Of a stretch of 64,000 nucleotides of DNA, positions 17,841 through 28,083 are shown piece after piece. The translations under genes and the position numbers were made by a program. Location: positions 4,416,001-4,480,000 of the forward strand of contig JASGJH010000001.1 of assembly GCA_047601445.1 (NCBI GenBank), written 5' to 3'. Each line of letters opens with the position of its first letter. The stretch's first letter is position 1. Under the pieces are notes generated by a model. It worked only from the letters and a program-made list of their open reading frames with translations, was not told the DNA's origin and made no database searches. Origin of the DNA: Myxococcales bacterium (GTDB lineage: Bacteria > Myxococcota_A > Polyangia > Polyangiales > DASUME01).

Positions 17841-20045
17841 ATGCTTCAACACTCAGAACTCGCGCCCTTGGTTGGCTGCATCTTGCTGCTCGGCGCATGC
17901 AGCAAGCTCCATCACGACAACGACGGCCCTGAACACGACGCCGGCCGCACCCCTCCCGTCGATGCCACCGCTCCGGATGCCAGTGCCGTGGCCAAAGCGT
18001 TGGCGCAGCTAGAAGCCGACACGGCGGTGCCCTGGGGCACGCTCGTTGATCCAGTTTATGGCGCGGTCTCGCTGCTGCGGCCCCTGGAGGAACCCGGCGT
18101 CGTGCTTCAGAGCGGTGACAAGCCCGAGGACGCGGCGCGTGCATTCCTGGAGAAGTACGCCGCGATTTTTCAGATCAAGGACGCCGCCAACGAATTGGTG
18201 CTCGAAAGTGTGAACGGCCCCGACGAACTGGAGCTCACCGGCGTAAGCTTCGTGCAAAAGGAAGGCGCTGCCAGCGTGGCCGGCGCGCGCCTGACGCTGG
18301 CGTTCGACGCGAGTGGGCGAGTCGCGTTCGTAGCGGGCCGCTTCGTGCCCAACCTGCACGGCTTTGCTACGCAGCCAGCGATTCAGGCACAAGATGCCAT
18401 GGAGGCCGCGCGTGCTGACATGCTGCAGGGCCATCCGAGTGGACTCGGGGAACCCATCGAGACGGCGGCGCCAGAGCTGATCGTTTTCGTGCGAGGCCCG
18501 GCGAAGCTCGCGTATCGGCTGACGCTGGCCTACGCATACGAAGCAGACAGCGGCGCAGGGGATACGCACAGCGCGGACTACGTCGTTGATGCGAACAACG
18601 GCGCGATCTTGGCGCGGTCCGACGCGCAGAAGGAAGCTGAAAGCGGCACCGTGGTGCAAGGGTTCGGAACCGACTCGCTCAAGAAGGTGCAAACTATTCC
18701 GGTGTTCAAGCCGGACGCCGGCAAGAACTACTTGATGGAGCAACCTGCGACGGCAGACCAGACCGCGATCACCGTGCTGGATGCCTCCAAGCTGACCACG
18801 GGCGCAATAAGCGAGGCCAGCCCTGGAACGATGAGCATGCCCGGCGCGTGGGATGCCCAAGGCGTGGACGCCTACGTCAATCTCCGCAAGGTCGACGCCT
18901 GGTGGCGTCAGCATCAGCGGAACTCTTACGATGGTCTCGGCCATGCCGTCTCCATCATCGCGCACGCGCCGTCCGCCTTCGAGAATGCCCGCTGGGACGG
19001 GGATCACAGCATCAAGATTGGGGACCGGTTTGATCCCAATGCGCTGCCGTATTCGGTGGCCCTGGACGTGATCGGGCACGAGTTTCAGCACGGCGTCAAC
19101 CAACGGACGTGGGCCTCCGGATCCATGGGACCGGAAGGGGAGGCGATCGACGAGTCGCTCGGCGACATCTTCGGTCAGTTCATCGAGGTCGACACGGGGC
19201 TCCTCGGCACGGAAGCGACCTGGACCGTGCCCTCCTTAATCGGCGAGCGTGCCGACCCGGCCGGCATTCGCAATCTGCGATCGCCGCACCTTGGCGGTCA
19301 GCCCGACAGCGTAGGGGACCCAGCATTCAGCGGAAGCAATGACTCGCACGCCTTGGGCGGCATCTCGAACAACGCCTGGTGGCTCACGACCTACGGGGGC
19401 AAGAACGAAACCACAGGCAAGGAGATTGCAAACCCTCTCACGTGGGCCGACGCCAAGAGGCTGTACCTTTCGCTGATCAAGCGCAGTTCAATCCCGTCCG
19501 ATCCGACCTTTCACGACCTCGCGGGCGGGCTGGTCGCCTCCGCAAGCCAGCTCGGCGCAGACGCGCAACGCACGGTGGCCTGCGCGTGGAACGCCGTCGC
19601 CGTGCTGACTGACAACGAGCTGAAGACCGCGTTTGGCATCAAGAGCTGCAAGCAGGACGACGCGGGCATGCCCAAGCCGCCGGGTTGCCTCCAAACCAAG
19701 GCGGCCGGGGACGGGAGCTGTCTGCCCGACCCCGACGAGCCAGATGCAGGCGAGAACGATGCTGGCGCACGCGATGCAGGCCCTCACCTTGGACCAGGAG
19801 CTTGCTTCGTTCGGGGCCCGTTCTGTTCCAACAACGGCTATTGCCCTCCTAACGGGGTACGCTTGACCTGTATGGAGGCCGGGCCAAATGGGACCTGCCC
19901 GGTACCTGGCTACGAGTTCACCACGGCCTTCGACAGCTGCGCCAACTTGCCCGGCGGCGTCTTACAGACTTGCGAAAGCGCTAACGGCACCGTCTATCTC
20001 AACTGGCGGCTCTTCGTTGTCGATAACCCGGGGAGCTGCTCCTGA
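17841..20045 (+). CDS. M4 (thermolysin-like) metalloprotease lipoprotein with FTP/PepSY-like propeptide and Cys-rich tail
   Basis: Lipobox LLGAC; NSYDG, ENARWDG, LDVIGHEFQHGV, AIDESLGDIFG. Confidence 0.92.
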   Translation: MLQHSELAPLVGCILLLGACSKLHHDNDGPEHDAGRTPPVDATAPDASAVAKALAQLEADTAVPWGTLVDPVYGAVSLLRPLEEPGVVLQSGDKPEDAARAFLEKYAAIFQIKDAANELVLESVNGPDELELTGVSFVQKEGAASVAGARLTLAFDASGRVAFVAGRFVPNLHGFATQPAIQAQDAMEAARADMLQGHPSGLGEPIETAAPELIVFVRGPAKLAYRLTLAYAYEADSGAGDTHSADYVVDANNGAILARSDAQKEAESGTVVQGFGTDSLKKVQTIPVFKPDAGKNYLMEQPATADQTAITVLDASKLTTGAISEASPGTMSMPGAWDAQGVDAYVNLRKVDAWWRQHQRNSYDGLGHAVSIIAHAPSAFENARWDGDHSIKIGDRFDPNALPYSVALDVIGHEFQHGVNQRTWASGSMGPEGEAIDESLGDIFGQFIEVDTGLLGTEATWTVPSLIGERADPAGIRNLRSPHLGGQPDSVGDPAFSGSNDSHALGGISNNAWWLTTYGGKNETTGKEIANPLTWADAKRLYLSLIKRSSIPSDPTFHDLAGGLVASASQLGADAQRTVACAWNAVAVLTDNELKTAFGIKSCKQDDAGMPKPPGCLQTKAAGDGSCLPDPDEPDAGENDAGARDAGPHLGPGACFVRGPFCSNNGYCPPNGVRLTCMEAGPNGTCPVPGYEFTTAFDSCANLPGGVLQTCESANGTVYLNWRLFVVDNPGSCS

Positions 20046-20105
20046 GACGGCACCACGGATCCTCCACCGTAGCTCTGGTAGTTGCGAAGGTGAGCTCCTT
20101 CTGAA

Positions 20106-20498
20106 CTACTCGGCCGGGTCCGCCGAAGCAGCCGTCAGCTCGATGTCGAAGCCTTGGCCCATCTCGATGTGACAGCCATCGCTCGCCGGGTCCTCCTTGA
20201 CCGTGACGCGACGGGTCCAGGTCCGGTCCCCGCTGCGCACACGCAGGACATACTCACCGCTGCCTTGCTCCCAACATGGATAGGCTCCGCCCAGACTGGC
20301 GTCACCGCCCTCGCTCGTCGACATGCACTCGCTCTCGCGGTTCTGCTCGGCCGTCACGTGCTCGACCGGCAACCCTTCGGGGGAGCTCACGCGGATCTCG
20401 AACGAGACGATGTTCGTCGTGCACACCACGCCGTCGTTGCCACACGCGCCAACCATCGATGCGAGCATCAAGGCGACTGTGGTCCAAGTCTTTTTCAT
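20106..20498 (-). CDS. small lipoprotein
   Basis: MKKTW...MVGAC lipobox; GGAGG RBS. Confidence 0.7.
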   Translation of the reverse strand: MKKTWTTVALMLASMVGACGNDGVVCTTNIVSFEIRVSSPEGLPVEHVTAEQNRESECMSTSEGGDASLGGAYPCWEQGSGEYVLRVRSGDRTWTRRVTVKEDPASDGCHIEMGQGFDIELTAASADPAE

Positions 20499-20787
20499 GG
20501 GTGCCTCCAAGCAAGAAGCGGCACTTTACGCCGCGCTAGAGTGCACCGTCGATATGACAAGGGAGTCATCACCCTCGCTCGGGCGGAGTCAGGCGGCGGA
20601 GGTCAAAAGGCCATAGAGCGTCGGTCGCTCTGGTGTCGAAGTCGACGCGAGTCTGGGCTGCACCTCGCCCGGGGAGCGCCGTCGAGGCAGCTGACGGCGC
20701 CGCCACAGCTGGTCGTCGCGCCTTGGCTGCCCCCTCGGCTAATTCCCCGAGGCCCAGCAGTTTGCGTGAGGCGTAAAGTAGTATTGA

Positions 20788-21345
20788 TCGACCGGCCATA
20801 GGCTCCAAGAGTCCGCCGACGTCCTCATCGGAGTGCCAGGTCCCGGCAAGATGACCGAGTCCATCAAGCTCTTGTCGGGCCAGTGGAAGGCGGCGATAAG
20901 TGCGCTGGAGTCCGCAGATGTCGTCGTGTTCATGGGATATCGCTTTCCCCCGTCCGATTCGTACGCGCGGAGCAAACTGCTAGGCGCGAACCGCAACAAC
21001 AATGTCGACCGTCTTCGAGTTCACTTGGTCCTTGGACCACGCCATGGAGAGGATATCGCGAGGGTCGAGGGCCTCTTGCGTTGGTCACTCCAGCACCGCG
21101 AAGACTTCGAATCGACCAGAGTTCTACGAGGCAAGAAAACGTTTAGGATCCACCGTCAGCCTCTGTTCGCAGAGGACTTCATGGCCGTGTTCGAACGAGA
21201 AATGCTCTCTGTTGCAGCCGGTGACACAGCATCGCGACCATCGAACAGAAAGGTCTTTTCCAGACAAAGGGCGAGGTCGCGCATCCCTTCTACGAGAGTG
21301 CTTGAAGCAACTCCAGACGAAAATCGCGCGCGATGCCCCCGTTGA
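20788..21345 (+). pseudogene. C-terminal remnant of a SIR2-like domain protein
   Basis: LIGVPGPGK...QWKAAISALESADVVVFMGYRFPPSD...HLVLGP; in-frame stop at 20785 and no N-terminal half. Confidence 0.6.
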
Positions 21346-21437
21346 GCCGGCCCACAAGAAATGACCAAGCGTCCCTGGTCGCTTCAGCCGAGAGCCCGCC
21401 TCAAACCACTCGCGCAACCTGGCAAGCACACGGTCCG

Positions 21438-21615
21438 TTCAACCTGCACCTCGCGGTCGCCATCGGGACGGATATCGCCTGCATTGGGCCGGAGATTGTA
21501 GCCGCTGTGTTTGGCGTCGCGGTGCGCTTCAAATAGTGTGCACGTCAGAGTCGAACACGGCCTCGGCGATGACGAAAACTCTAGCGGTTCGCCAAGCGTC
21601 AGCTGCGGCAGCTAG
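21438..21615 (+). pseudogene. frameshifted remnant of a paralog of the 3' end of the ricin-lectin gene (28084-29613)
   Basis: FNLHLAVAIGTDIACIGPEIVAAV matches FNLHIAGAIGTDIAWITPEVVVAV; continues in the +1 frame as CASNSV...SVSCGS* versus CVANGV...SISCNL*. Confidence 0.75.
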
Positions 21616-21815
21616 TCTTCGAGCGAGTCGTGCCGCGAGGACCGCGAGCGTCAGCTCGCAGCGTTCGGACAGGTTTGAACGCTGGTGCAGTCAATCGTTA
21701 GCCACTCATTGATCGGCATTCAAAGCCCCCCGCCTGGAGGTTTTCACGTGGGATTCGCGGGACCTGGCGCTGGCTACCCGAAGATCTCAGCTCTTCCGCC
21801 AGAGCCGACCTTTCC

Positions 21816-22586
21816 TCATTCTACAGACACAGCCGCGCTGTGCAGCAGCCGAAGGCGCTCCTTCTCGATTCGTATGCCGATCCGCGCGATCTCGGGGCCA
21901 CAAAAGCTGAACACGACGTCGCCCGTGGAGCTCGCCCTCTCGCCGTGCCCGGTCTGCCACGATGCACGATACCTGGCGACGACTCCACGCGGGAGCCAAT
22001 GGAGCTCACTGACCTCGAAGCGTGCGCCTTCGAACGCAGCGAAGGTCTTCTCCGTGAAGGCATGAAAGTTCGCGCGTCCAACGATGGTAGCGCCGAGCAC
22101 TGGGTCGTGGGAAGGCAAGCAATACTGGACGTCCTCGCCGCACAGACTCGCTACGCCGACCCAATCTTGCCTGCTGAGCGCGTCAAAATATTGAAGGACG
22201 AGCGCTCGTTCTGCAGCGCGCTCTTGGACCCTGGTAGCCACCGACATGGCACTCAAGAGCTTCTCGAGTGGAAACGGTTTGCTGAGCATGAAGGCCGCAC
22301 GATCGGCGACCGCGCGCGGAACGTTTGTCCAAGCTGTGAGCACACCGAGTGGGATGGGCCCTGCGGCCTCCGCCAACGCGAGCGCCTCCTTCTCGGCTTG
22401 AGACCGTGTTCCCCGCACGCAGTCCACGATGACCAGTGCACATCCATTCTGGGACAGCCAATCCAGGGCCTCGCTCGCCGTGGAGACCCACACTACCTCG
22501 AATTCCCAGGCATTCATGAGCTCGGTGAGCAACGCGCCCAAGTCCGGCTCGTCTTCGCTCAGGAGAACACGCATTAGGCTACCCAC
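21816..22586 (-). CDS. response regulator receiver fused to a SnoaL/NTF2-like domain
   Basis: RVLLSEDE...LVIVD...LTA...SKPF, then LVLQYFDALSRQDW...EDVQY...GRANF. Confidence 0.8.
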   Translation of the reverse strand: MGSLMRVLLSEDEPDLGALLTELMNAWEFEVVWVSTASEALDWLSQNGCALVIVDCVRGTRSQAEKEALALAEAAGPIPLGVLTAWTNVPRAVADRAAFMLSKPFPLEKLLSAMSVATRVQERAAERALVLQYFDALSRQDWVGVASLCGEDVQYCLPSHDPVLGATIVGRANFHAFTEKTFAAFEGARFEVSELHWLPRGVVARYRASWQTGHGERASSTGDVVFSFCGPEIARIGIRIEKERLRLLHSAAVSVE

Positions 22587-22859
22587 GTTCGAGACCTCGC
22601 AGAACCCTCGGCTTCAAAGCATCCTCTCGCGCATAAGATCTTAATCTCGCGGCGCGCTTGCAACCAAGCTTTGTCCAGCAGTCAATGGCATGCCTACGGT
22701 CTAGGCCTCTCAGCGCGCGCGGCCCACGGGTACCGCCGTACCCTCCCCTGTTTTGGGGGCTCGGGGGGGTTCGCAGAGTCCCAGAGCGCTACCTGCACGA
22801 GGTGCTGAAGGCTGCTCTCTCCACTGGTCCCCCCATCGCCGCGTTGGACGGTACCCAGG

Positions 22860-23080
22860 TGGTAACCGTTCGCCAAGCGTTGATCGCCATTCCATCTTCA
22901 CGCGCGATCATCGGCTTGCCCTTCATAGACGGCGATGAGCTCGCGGGCCGCCTGCGGCAACTGCCCGGCTTCATAGCGGCACGCTTCATCGCAGTGACGG
23001 GCCAAGGCCAAGACAAGGAACGACGTCGGGCGCGCGACGCGGGCTTCCATCACCACTTCGTCAAGCCGTTGGCTGCTAAC
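22860..23080 (+). pseudogene. degenerate receiver-domain remnant (hybrid histidine kinase C-terminus type)
   Basis: IGLPFIDGDELAGRLR...IAVTGQGQDKERRRARDAGFHHHFVKP; lacks the phosphoacceptor Asp and a credible start. Confidence 0.65.
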
Positions 23081-23184
23081 TCACCCCATGCGCGTGAGCG
23101 AACCAAGGCTCGAGCGCATCGACTCGCGCGCGCTTTTCGGCTAAGGGTGACCGCGAGGTAGCGCGCCCGAAGCGATGTGCCCTG

Positions 23185-23976
23185 GTGTCGTCGACCCTCG
23201 AGGTCCGAGCAGTGCACCGCGCCAGCCGTCTTCCGTTTGCCTCCCGCTCCTCCTCTCCCATCGGTCTCTTGCTCGCAGCCCTCTTGAGCTCATCTGCATG
23301 CGGAGGCGACGACGACTCCTGCGCCGAATCGAGGGTCTATGGGAGCGACGAGGGGTTGCCCACGTTTTACACCACGCCAGCGAGGCTGAATGGTCGCTGG
23401 AGTCAGCCGCAGGCGCTACCCATCCTGTGGGATACCGACATGTACATCGAGACCATCGGGGACCAACCACCGACCAAGATCCCGGCGCCGCCCTTTCACG
23501 GCTGGGACACGCTAACCGTGACGGCCCAGGTTCGGGGTGACGTCACGGATCGGGTGGAGACGCATGCAGGCAGTTGTCCCGCGGATTCCAGCACGCTCTT
23601 CTACGTGCCCGTTCGGTTGATGGTCGAGACCGCGTCGGGCGCATTCCGGGAGGAGCTCGATGCCTTGATCAACGCCGAGGCCGAAGAGTCCGAGTCATAC
23701 GACGAAGGTCGCCTGCTTTCGGTGAGTCTGCTCGACGAGGTGGACGGTCCACTCGGCGAATACCTCGACTCCATTGCGGTCCCAAACGGCACGAAAAAAG
23801 GCTTCAGTCTCTGGGTCCGATATACGGATGAGGGAGATTTGTCTTCGGTGAGCCTCAACGTCTACGTGGGCGACGATCCGATGAACATACGTTCGATCTT
23901 CACGGGCAACACTTGGCTCTCGGACCCTGACATTCCTCCGTGCAACTGCTCTCAGGACGCACAGCCGCAGCCATAG
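23185..23976 (+). CDS. hypothetical lipoprotein
   Basis: LLAALLSSSAC lipobox; acidic mature region. Confidence 0.7.
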   Translation: MSSTLEVRAVHRASRLPFASRSSSPIGLLLAALLSSSACGGDDDSCAESRVYGSDEGLPTFYTTPARLNGRWSQPQALPILWDTDMYIETIGDQPPTKIPAPPFHGWDTLTVTAQVRGDVTDRVETHAGSCPADSSTLFYVPVRLMVETASGAFREELDALINAEAEESESYDEGRLLSVSLLDEVDGPLGEYLDSIAVPNGTKKGFSLWVRYTDEGDLSSVSLNVYVGDDPMNIRSIFTGNTWLSDPDIPPCNCSQDAQPQP

Positions 23977-24213
23977 GCGAGCGCCCTCTCGCTGATCGGC
24001 ACCGCAACGTCAACCCGACGTCATTCGAGGCGCCCACCGCATCGAGGCCTGGCAACACGATGTCGACGATCACCCGGGGACCTGCCCCTGAGACGACTAC
24101 GCCATGCCCCATAGCTCTAACCGTTGTGTAGGTGATTCTTCTGAATTCCACCCAGCGTCGCGGCTTGCGCGGTCGAGCGCGCTCGGCGGGCGGAAAAAGG
24201 CGATAGTGCGGCG

Positions 24214-25029
24214 ATGAATCACTCCTCGCGCTCCGCTCTTCTTCTCGGTCTGCTCACGGCCGTGGCCTGCGGCGACGCCGCGCCAGGAGCTGACTCCGGG
24301 GCACCCAACACGTGTGACGACCTCGGCGCGGCGTGCATCACCCCGAGCGGAGCCGCGGGCATGCGCGTCTGTCGCAACGACGCCCCGGCGTGCGTGGCGC
24401 TCGATGCTAGCAAAGACGCGAGCGTGGCAATGGCCACGATGGATGCGAGCCCCGAACCGAGCGACGCAGGCACCGGTCCCGACGATGCCTCCAGTCCCCA
24501 GGGCGACGGCTCCGATGCGAGCACTTCCCAGGAGCCCGGCCCATGCAAAGCCGGCTATTACACTGGAGGCCTCAAGGGGAAATACCAAACGCCAGTCTTC
24601 GATCCTGGTTTTGGTACCTTGACGATGGTTCCGCTCTCCTCCTCCGGCCAAAAAGGGTGGTTTTCGTTCGTGCTCGATCCCGGCACTCAGCCTCACCTAC
24701 TCAAGGTGCACAGCGGCTGCGTAATCGCGATCATGGACGATAGTCCCTTTGTGGCGACCTTCGAAGGAGAGCTCGACTGCACCACCGGCGCCCTGACCAC
24801 GACCTTGCAAGGCGACTGGGCGCTCTTTAACGACCCCGAACATACCTACCCATTCAGCGGCGAACTCAAGGGTGTCTACGATATCGCCAATCTCAAGGTT
24901 TCAGGCGATTGGAAGGTCGCCGAATTCCCCGGAGCTAACCCGCCCGGCGGAAGCGGAACCTGGACGGCCGCCTATCAGTCCGCGCAAGCTCCGAGCTTGC
25001 CCGCCGACTGCGTGCCCCCGCAGCCGTGA
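24214..25029 (+). CDS. hypothetical lipoprotein (beta-rich)
   Basis: LTAVAC lipobox; DAS/DAG linker; PPGGSGTWTA C-terminus. Confidence 0.75.
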   Translation: MNHSSRSALLLGLLTAVACGDAAPGADSGAPNTCDDLGAACITPSGAAGMRVCRNDAPACVALDASKDASVAMATMDASPEPSDAGTGPDDASSPQGDGSDASTSQEPGPCKAGYYTGGLKGKYQTPVFDPGFGTLTMVPLSSSGQKGWFSFVLDPGTQPHLLKVHSGCVIAIMDDSPFVATFEGELDCTTGALTTTLQGDWALFNDPEHTYPFSGELKGVYDIANLKVSGDWKVAEFPGANPPGGSGTWTAAYQSAQAPSLPADCVPPQP

Positions 25030-25151
25030 GCCCTCACGGGCCCTGGATCGCTGCGCCCCGCGCTCCAAAGTGCACAACTCACTATGGAACGCCGCCTCTC
25101 CTGAGTGATAGGCGATGTGCGCAGCTTTGCCTTTTCGCCGTGGGATATTCG

Positions 25152-25829
25152 ATGCGCGCACTTCTCGGCATGACCGCCTTATCCATCTTCTCCCTTGCCT
25201 GTAAGAGCGAGGTTCCGCGCCCGCCCAAGCCCGGCGAGACCTGTTGGCCCCTTGGCGATCCGTCCATCGGCAGCGGCGAAGAGTTCTGTGACGTTCAGGC
25301 GTGCTTCCCGAAAGAGCGCGCGTTCAGCGCGAATGTGCCGGCGAACGAGACCGGTTTCGTGTGCGACACGCCGGATGGATCGTGCCCGAAGACGGAGGCC
25401 TCCAGTGAGTTCCTGATGACGTACCAAGGCGATGGCTTCGAGGTGGTGCTCTTCGTCTCACCACAGCTATTGCTCGACGGATACTCGACGGCAGGCTTTC
25501 AGAACCATGTTCTGCAAGGCTGGGTGCAGTTTCAAGCCGCACCCTCCTTCCAGGACACGCACGCGTCGACGCAGCGACAGCCTCCAACTGACCAGCTCAG
25601 CGTCCTCTCGTATGCGAACGGCCTCCTGCACGTACAGGTGAAGGCCAGAGGCTTCCAAGCCGGGAAGCTCATCAGCACGCCGCCCTACACGTGCTTCTCG
25701 AACGGCTGGGGTCTGGCCACCTGCACCACCAAGTGGTGCTCGTACGAGTCCGAGGATGGTACGGGCGATGGCGCGTCCATGGTCGTCACGGCGGACATCA
25801 CCGCGCCCGTGGCCCCCATCGCTCCCTGA
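25152..25829 (+). CDS. hypothetical lipoprotein
   Basis: MRALLGMTALSIFSLAC lipobox. Confidence 0.7.
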   Translation: MRALLGMTALSIFSLACKSEVPRPPKPGETCWPLGDPSIGSGEEFCDVQACFPKERAFSANVPANETGFVCDTPDGSCPKTEASSEFLMTYQGDGFEVVLFVSPQLLLDGYSTAGFQNHVLQGWVQFQAAPSFQDTHASTQRQPPTDQLSVLSYANGLLHVQVKARGFQAGKLISTPPYTCFSNGWGLATCTTKWCSYESEDGTGDGASMVVTADITAPVAPIAP

Positions 25830-26087
25830 CCCCGACTTCGTCACCCACGCGCCTAGTGAGCGTGAACAGCAGCTCGAACCTCGGGCGTACACGCGTCCTG
25901 GTCACAGCCCTGCCGCGGGCACGATCGTCTAGGTCGGGCCCCCCGATTCGCGCGCTCCTGCACGCAGGATTCTGAAGTTTTCGCGAGAGAATCGTGATGC
26001 TTCGCGAATCTGTGTCTATCACGGCTAGTCTGCCGGCTCCCTGGGGCGTTCCCGCGGTGGTCGCCCTGGCACATCGAGGAGAACCGT

Positions 26088-27152
26088 ATGCCGTTTCGCG
26101 GATGGCTGAGCCTTTCGAGCGCATCATTTGAACTGTGCTTCACCGGATGGGCCTGCCTTGCCCTGTCGCTTGCTCCAGCGTCCGCTTTGGCCGAGCCGCC
26201 CGGCTACGGCGTGATTGCCTCGGAGCTTCTCTCGCTCGATCGCGTCGAGGCTGCCTTGCCGGAGCTCGCTGCGCAACAGCTCTCGGTCTCCCTGGAGTGG
26301 CCGACTGATGATCTCGACAATCCGCAGCGCTGGGCGCTGGTGCGGCACGCAGAGCAGCTGGGAATCACCATCATTCCCTGGCTGCTCCTACCGGAAGACC
26401 AGGGCTACTGGCCGTGTTCCAGCAATGCGGACCTCTTCGTGGCGAGCGCCCAGAGGTTGATGCAGCGCTGGGCAGAAGAGGGGCTCTCCCCCACCGCGCT
26501 CCTCGTGGACATGGAGATGCACATCGACCGCGAGCGAGATTTCTCGGCGCTCGTGCACGCCCTCGACAACAGCGGAGTCATCGAGTTCCTACGCGCGGGG
26601 ATCGATCGCGAGCAGTTTCGGGACGCGACCGAGCAGTACCGGGAGCTCGCGATCAAGGCGCACACACTCGGCTGGAAGGTGCATCTCACGACCTGGTCTC
26701 AGGTGCTGGAGGACTATGGCGATGGCGACGATGACCTTCGTCAGGCTTTTGGCATTCCGGTCGACCACATTCCATGGGACGGCGTCTTCATCCAGGCATT
26801 CCGCACGGCGACCAATCCCCAGGCCAGCTCGTTTTATGTATACGACTACGCGCTGCGCGCGCGCTCGATCTTCGGAAGGCGCGCCGGCATCGTGCTCGGC
26901 GTTACGCAGCCCGGCATGATCTCCCGAACCGGCTATGCCTCGCCGGCCGACCTTCGCGCCGACGTCGACGCCGCCTACGCGGCTGGACTTCGCCGCGAGC
27001 AAATCGGCCTGATTAGCTTGCGAGGCATCCTCAATCGCCCACCGACAGCGGCCTGGTTCGTGCGACCCCACATCTTTCTCGTGCCACCTCTACCAGACGC
27101 CGCCACGGCCTTCATCCACACGGTGGCTGGCTTTTGGGATCTCCTGCTCTAG
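26088..27152 (+). CDS. secreted hypothetical protein, possibly a glycoside-hydrolase-like TIM barrel
   Basis: GAGGAG RBS; signal peptide ending ASALA; PWLLLPEDQGYW and LLVDME motifs. Confidence 0.6.
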   Translation: MPFRGWLSLSSASFELCFTGWACLALSLAPASALAEPPGYGVIASELLSLDRVEAALPELAAQQLSVSLEWPTDDLDNPQRWALVRHAEQLGITIIPWLLLPEDQGYWPCSSNADLFVASAQRLMQRWAEEGLSPTALLVDMEMHIDRERDFSALVHALDNSGVIEFLRAGIDREQFRDATEQYRELAIKAHTLGWKVHLTTWSQVLEDYGDGDDDLRQAFGIPVDHIPWDGVFIQAFRTATNPQASSFYVYDYALRARSIFGRRAGIVLGVTQPGMISRTGYASPADLRADVDAAYAAGLRREQIGLISLRGILNRPPTAAWFVRPHIFLVPPLPDAATAFIHTVAGFWDLLL

Positions 27153-27254
27153 GGATCCGAATCCTCCGCTCGTGGCTCCAGGACAACATCCGGCGCGTGC
27201 AGTTCCCCCAGCACGCCAGGTTTCCGCACCGTGGTAGGGTGTCGAGCAGATCGT

Positions 27255-27410
27255 CATGACGGCGTTGCAAGCGTCGACAGGCGAGATGTCGGCTCGGAGG
27301 ATCCAGACCTGAACCATAGGGCCGGTCTTCGGATCGGCGCTGCCATCCGCAGCGATCGCGACGAGTGGAGCACCGTCGAGAAGAGGGGGATCCGTCCAAA
27401 GAATTCCGGC
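27255..27410 (-). pseudogene. N-terminal fragment of a phage-type protein (DUF7227-like)
   Basis: GILW..P.LLDGAPLVAIA..GS..PKTGPMVQVWILRADISPVDA; similarity ends abruptly. Confidence 0.5.
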
Positions 27411-27724
27411 TGCTTTGCGGCGTTGCATGCTTCTGCGCCTCTGCTGGTCTGCTTTACGTCGCCGTTGCTGCGCCCTTGCTGAGCTGACCAGCCTTTCTGA
27501 GAGCGGGCTCGAACGCGCGTCAAAGGCGCGGAGCGCTGGTGCCCGGAGCGAGTACGCCGCGGCCGGGCTCAGGTCGACCGTAAGGCCTCGCCGTTCCTCG
27601 TCTTGGCTCGCCTGTGCTGCACTCTCTACGGTTACCTACGGCAACCAATGGACGACGAGGAACAAGACCACCACCACTGGGAAGGGCTTCACTTGCTCTA
27701 GGCAGGACTCGTTCAGCGGGTCGG

Positions 27725-27752
27725 GCGCACATCGGTGCGCACCGACGTGCGC
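27725..27752. promoter_or_regulatory. 28-bp near-perfect palindrome, second copy of the GCAC-N4-GTGCGCAC-N4-GTGC site
   Basis: GCGCACATCGGTGC-GCACCGACGTGCGC with one mismatch. Confidence 0.55.
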
Positions 27753-28023
27753 ATTGATGAGCGCGGCTGGTCCGCCAGGACTTGAAGTGGGCTCCTAGCG
27801 TCGGCGCCACGAGGACACCCCACCTGCCCCGAAAAAAATGGGCTCTGCACCGCGTGGGAGGCGGTGCAAGTCGCCTCCTTGCACGATGATTTTACAGATC
27901 TTCAAGTCGCCTCGAACGTGACCGCCATCGGGCAACTCAAGAGCCGGTCTACCAGCTGAGCCAGGGACGAAGACGGCACGGGCCTCCAACTACGCGCAAG
28001 GATGGATCGTCACCGCGACGGTG

Positions 28024-28037
28024 GGTACGGGGCTTGC
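28024..28037 (+). promoter_or_regulatory. putative sigma54 promoter for the ricin-lectin gene
   Basis: GGTACGGGGCTTGC (GG-N10-GC), 46 nt before the ATG. Confidence 0.5.
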
Positions 28038-28083
28038 GAAGGGAGCGATCGATCCGACGGAACTGACTCGAGGAGAAAAACGT

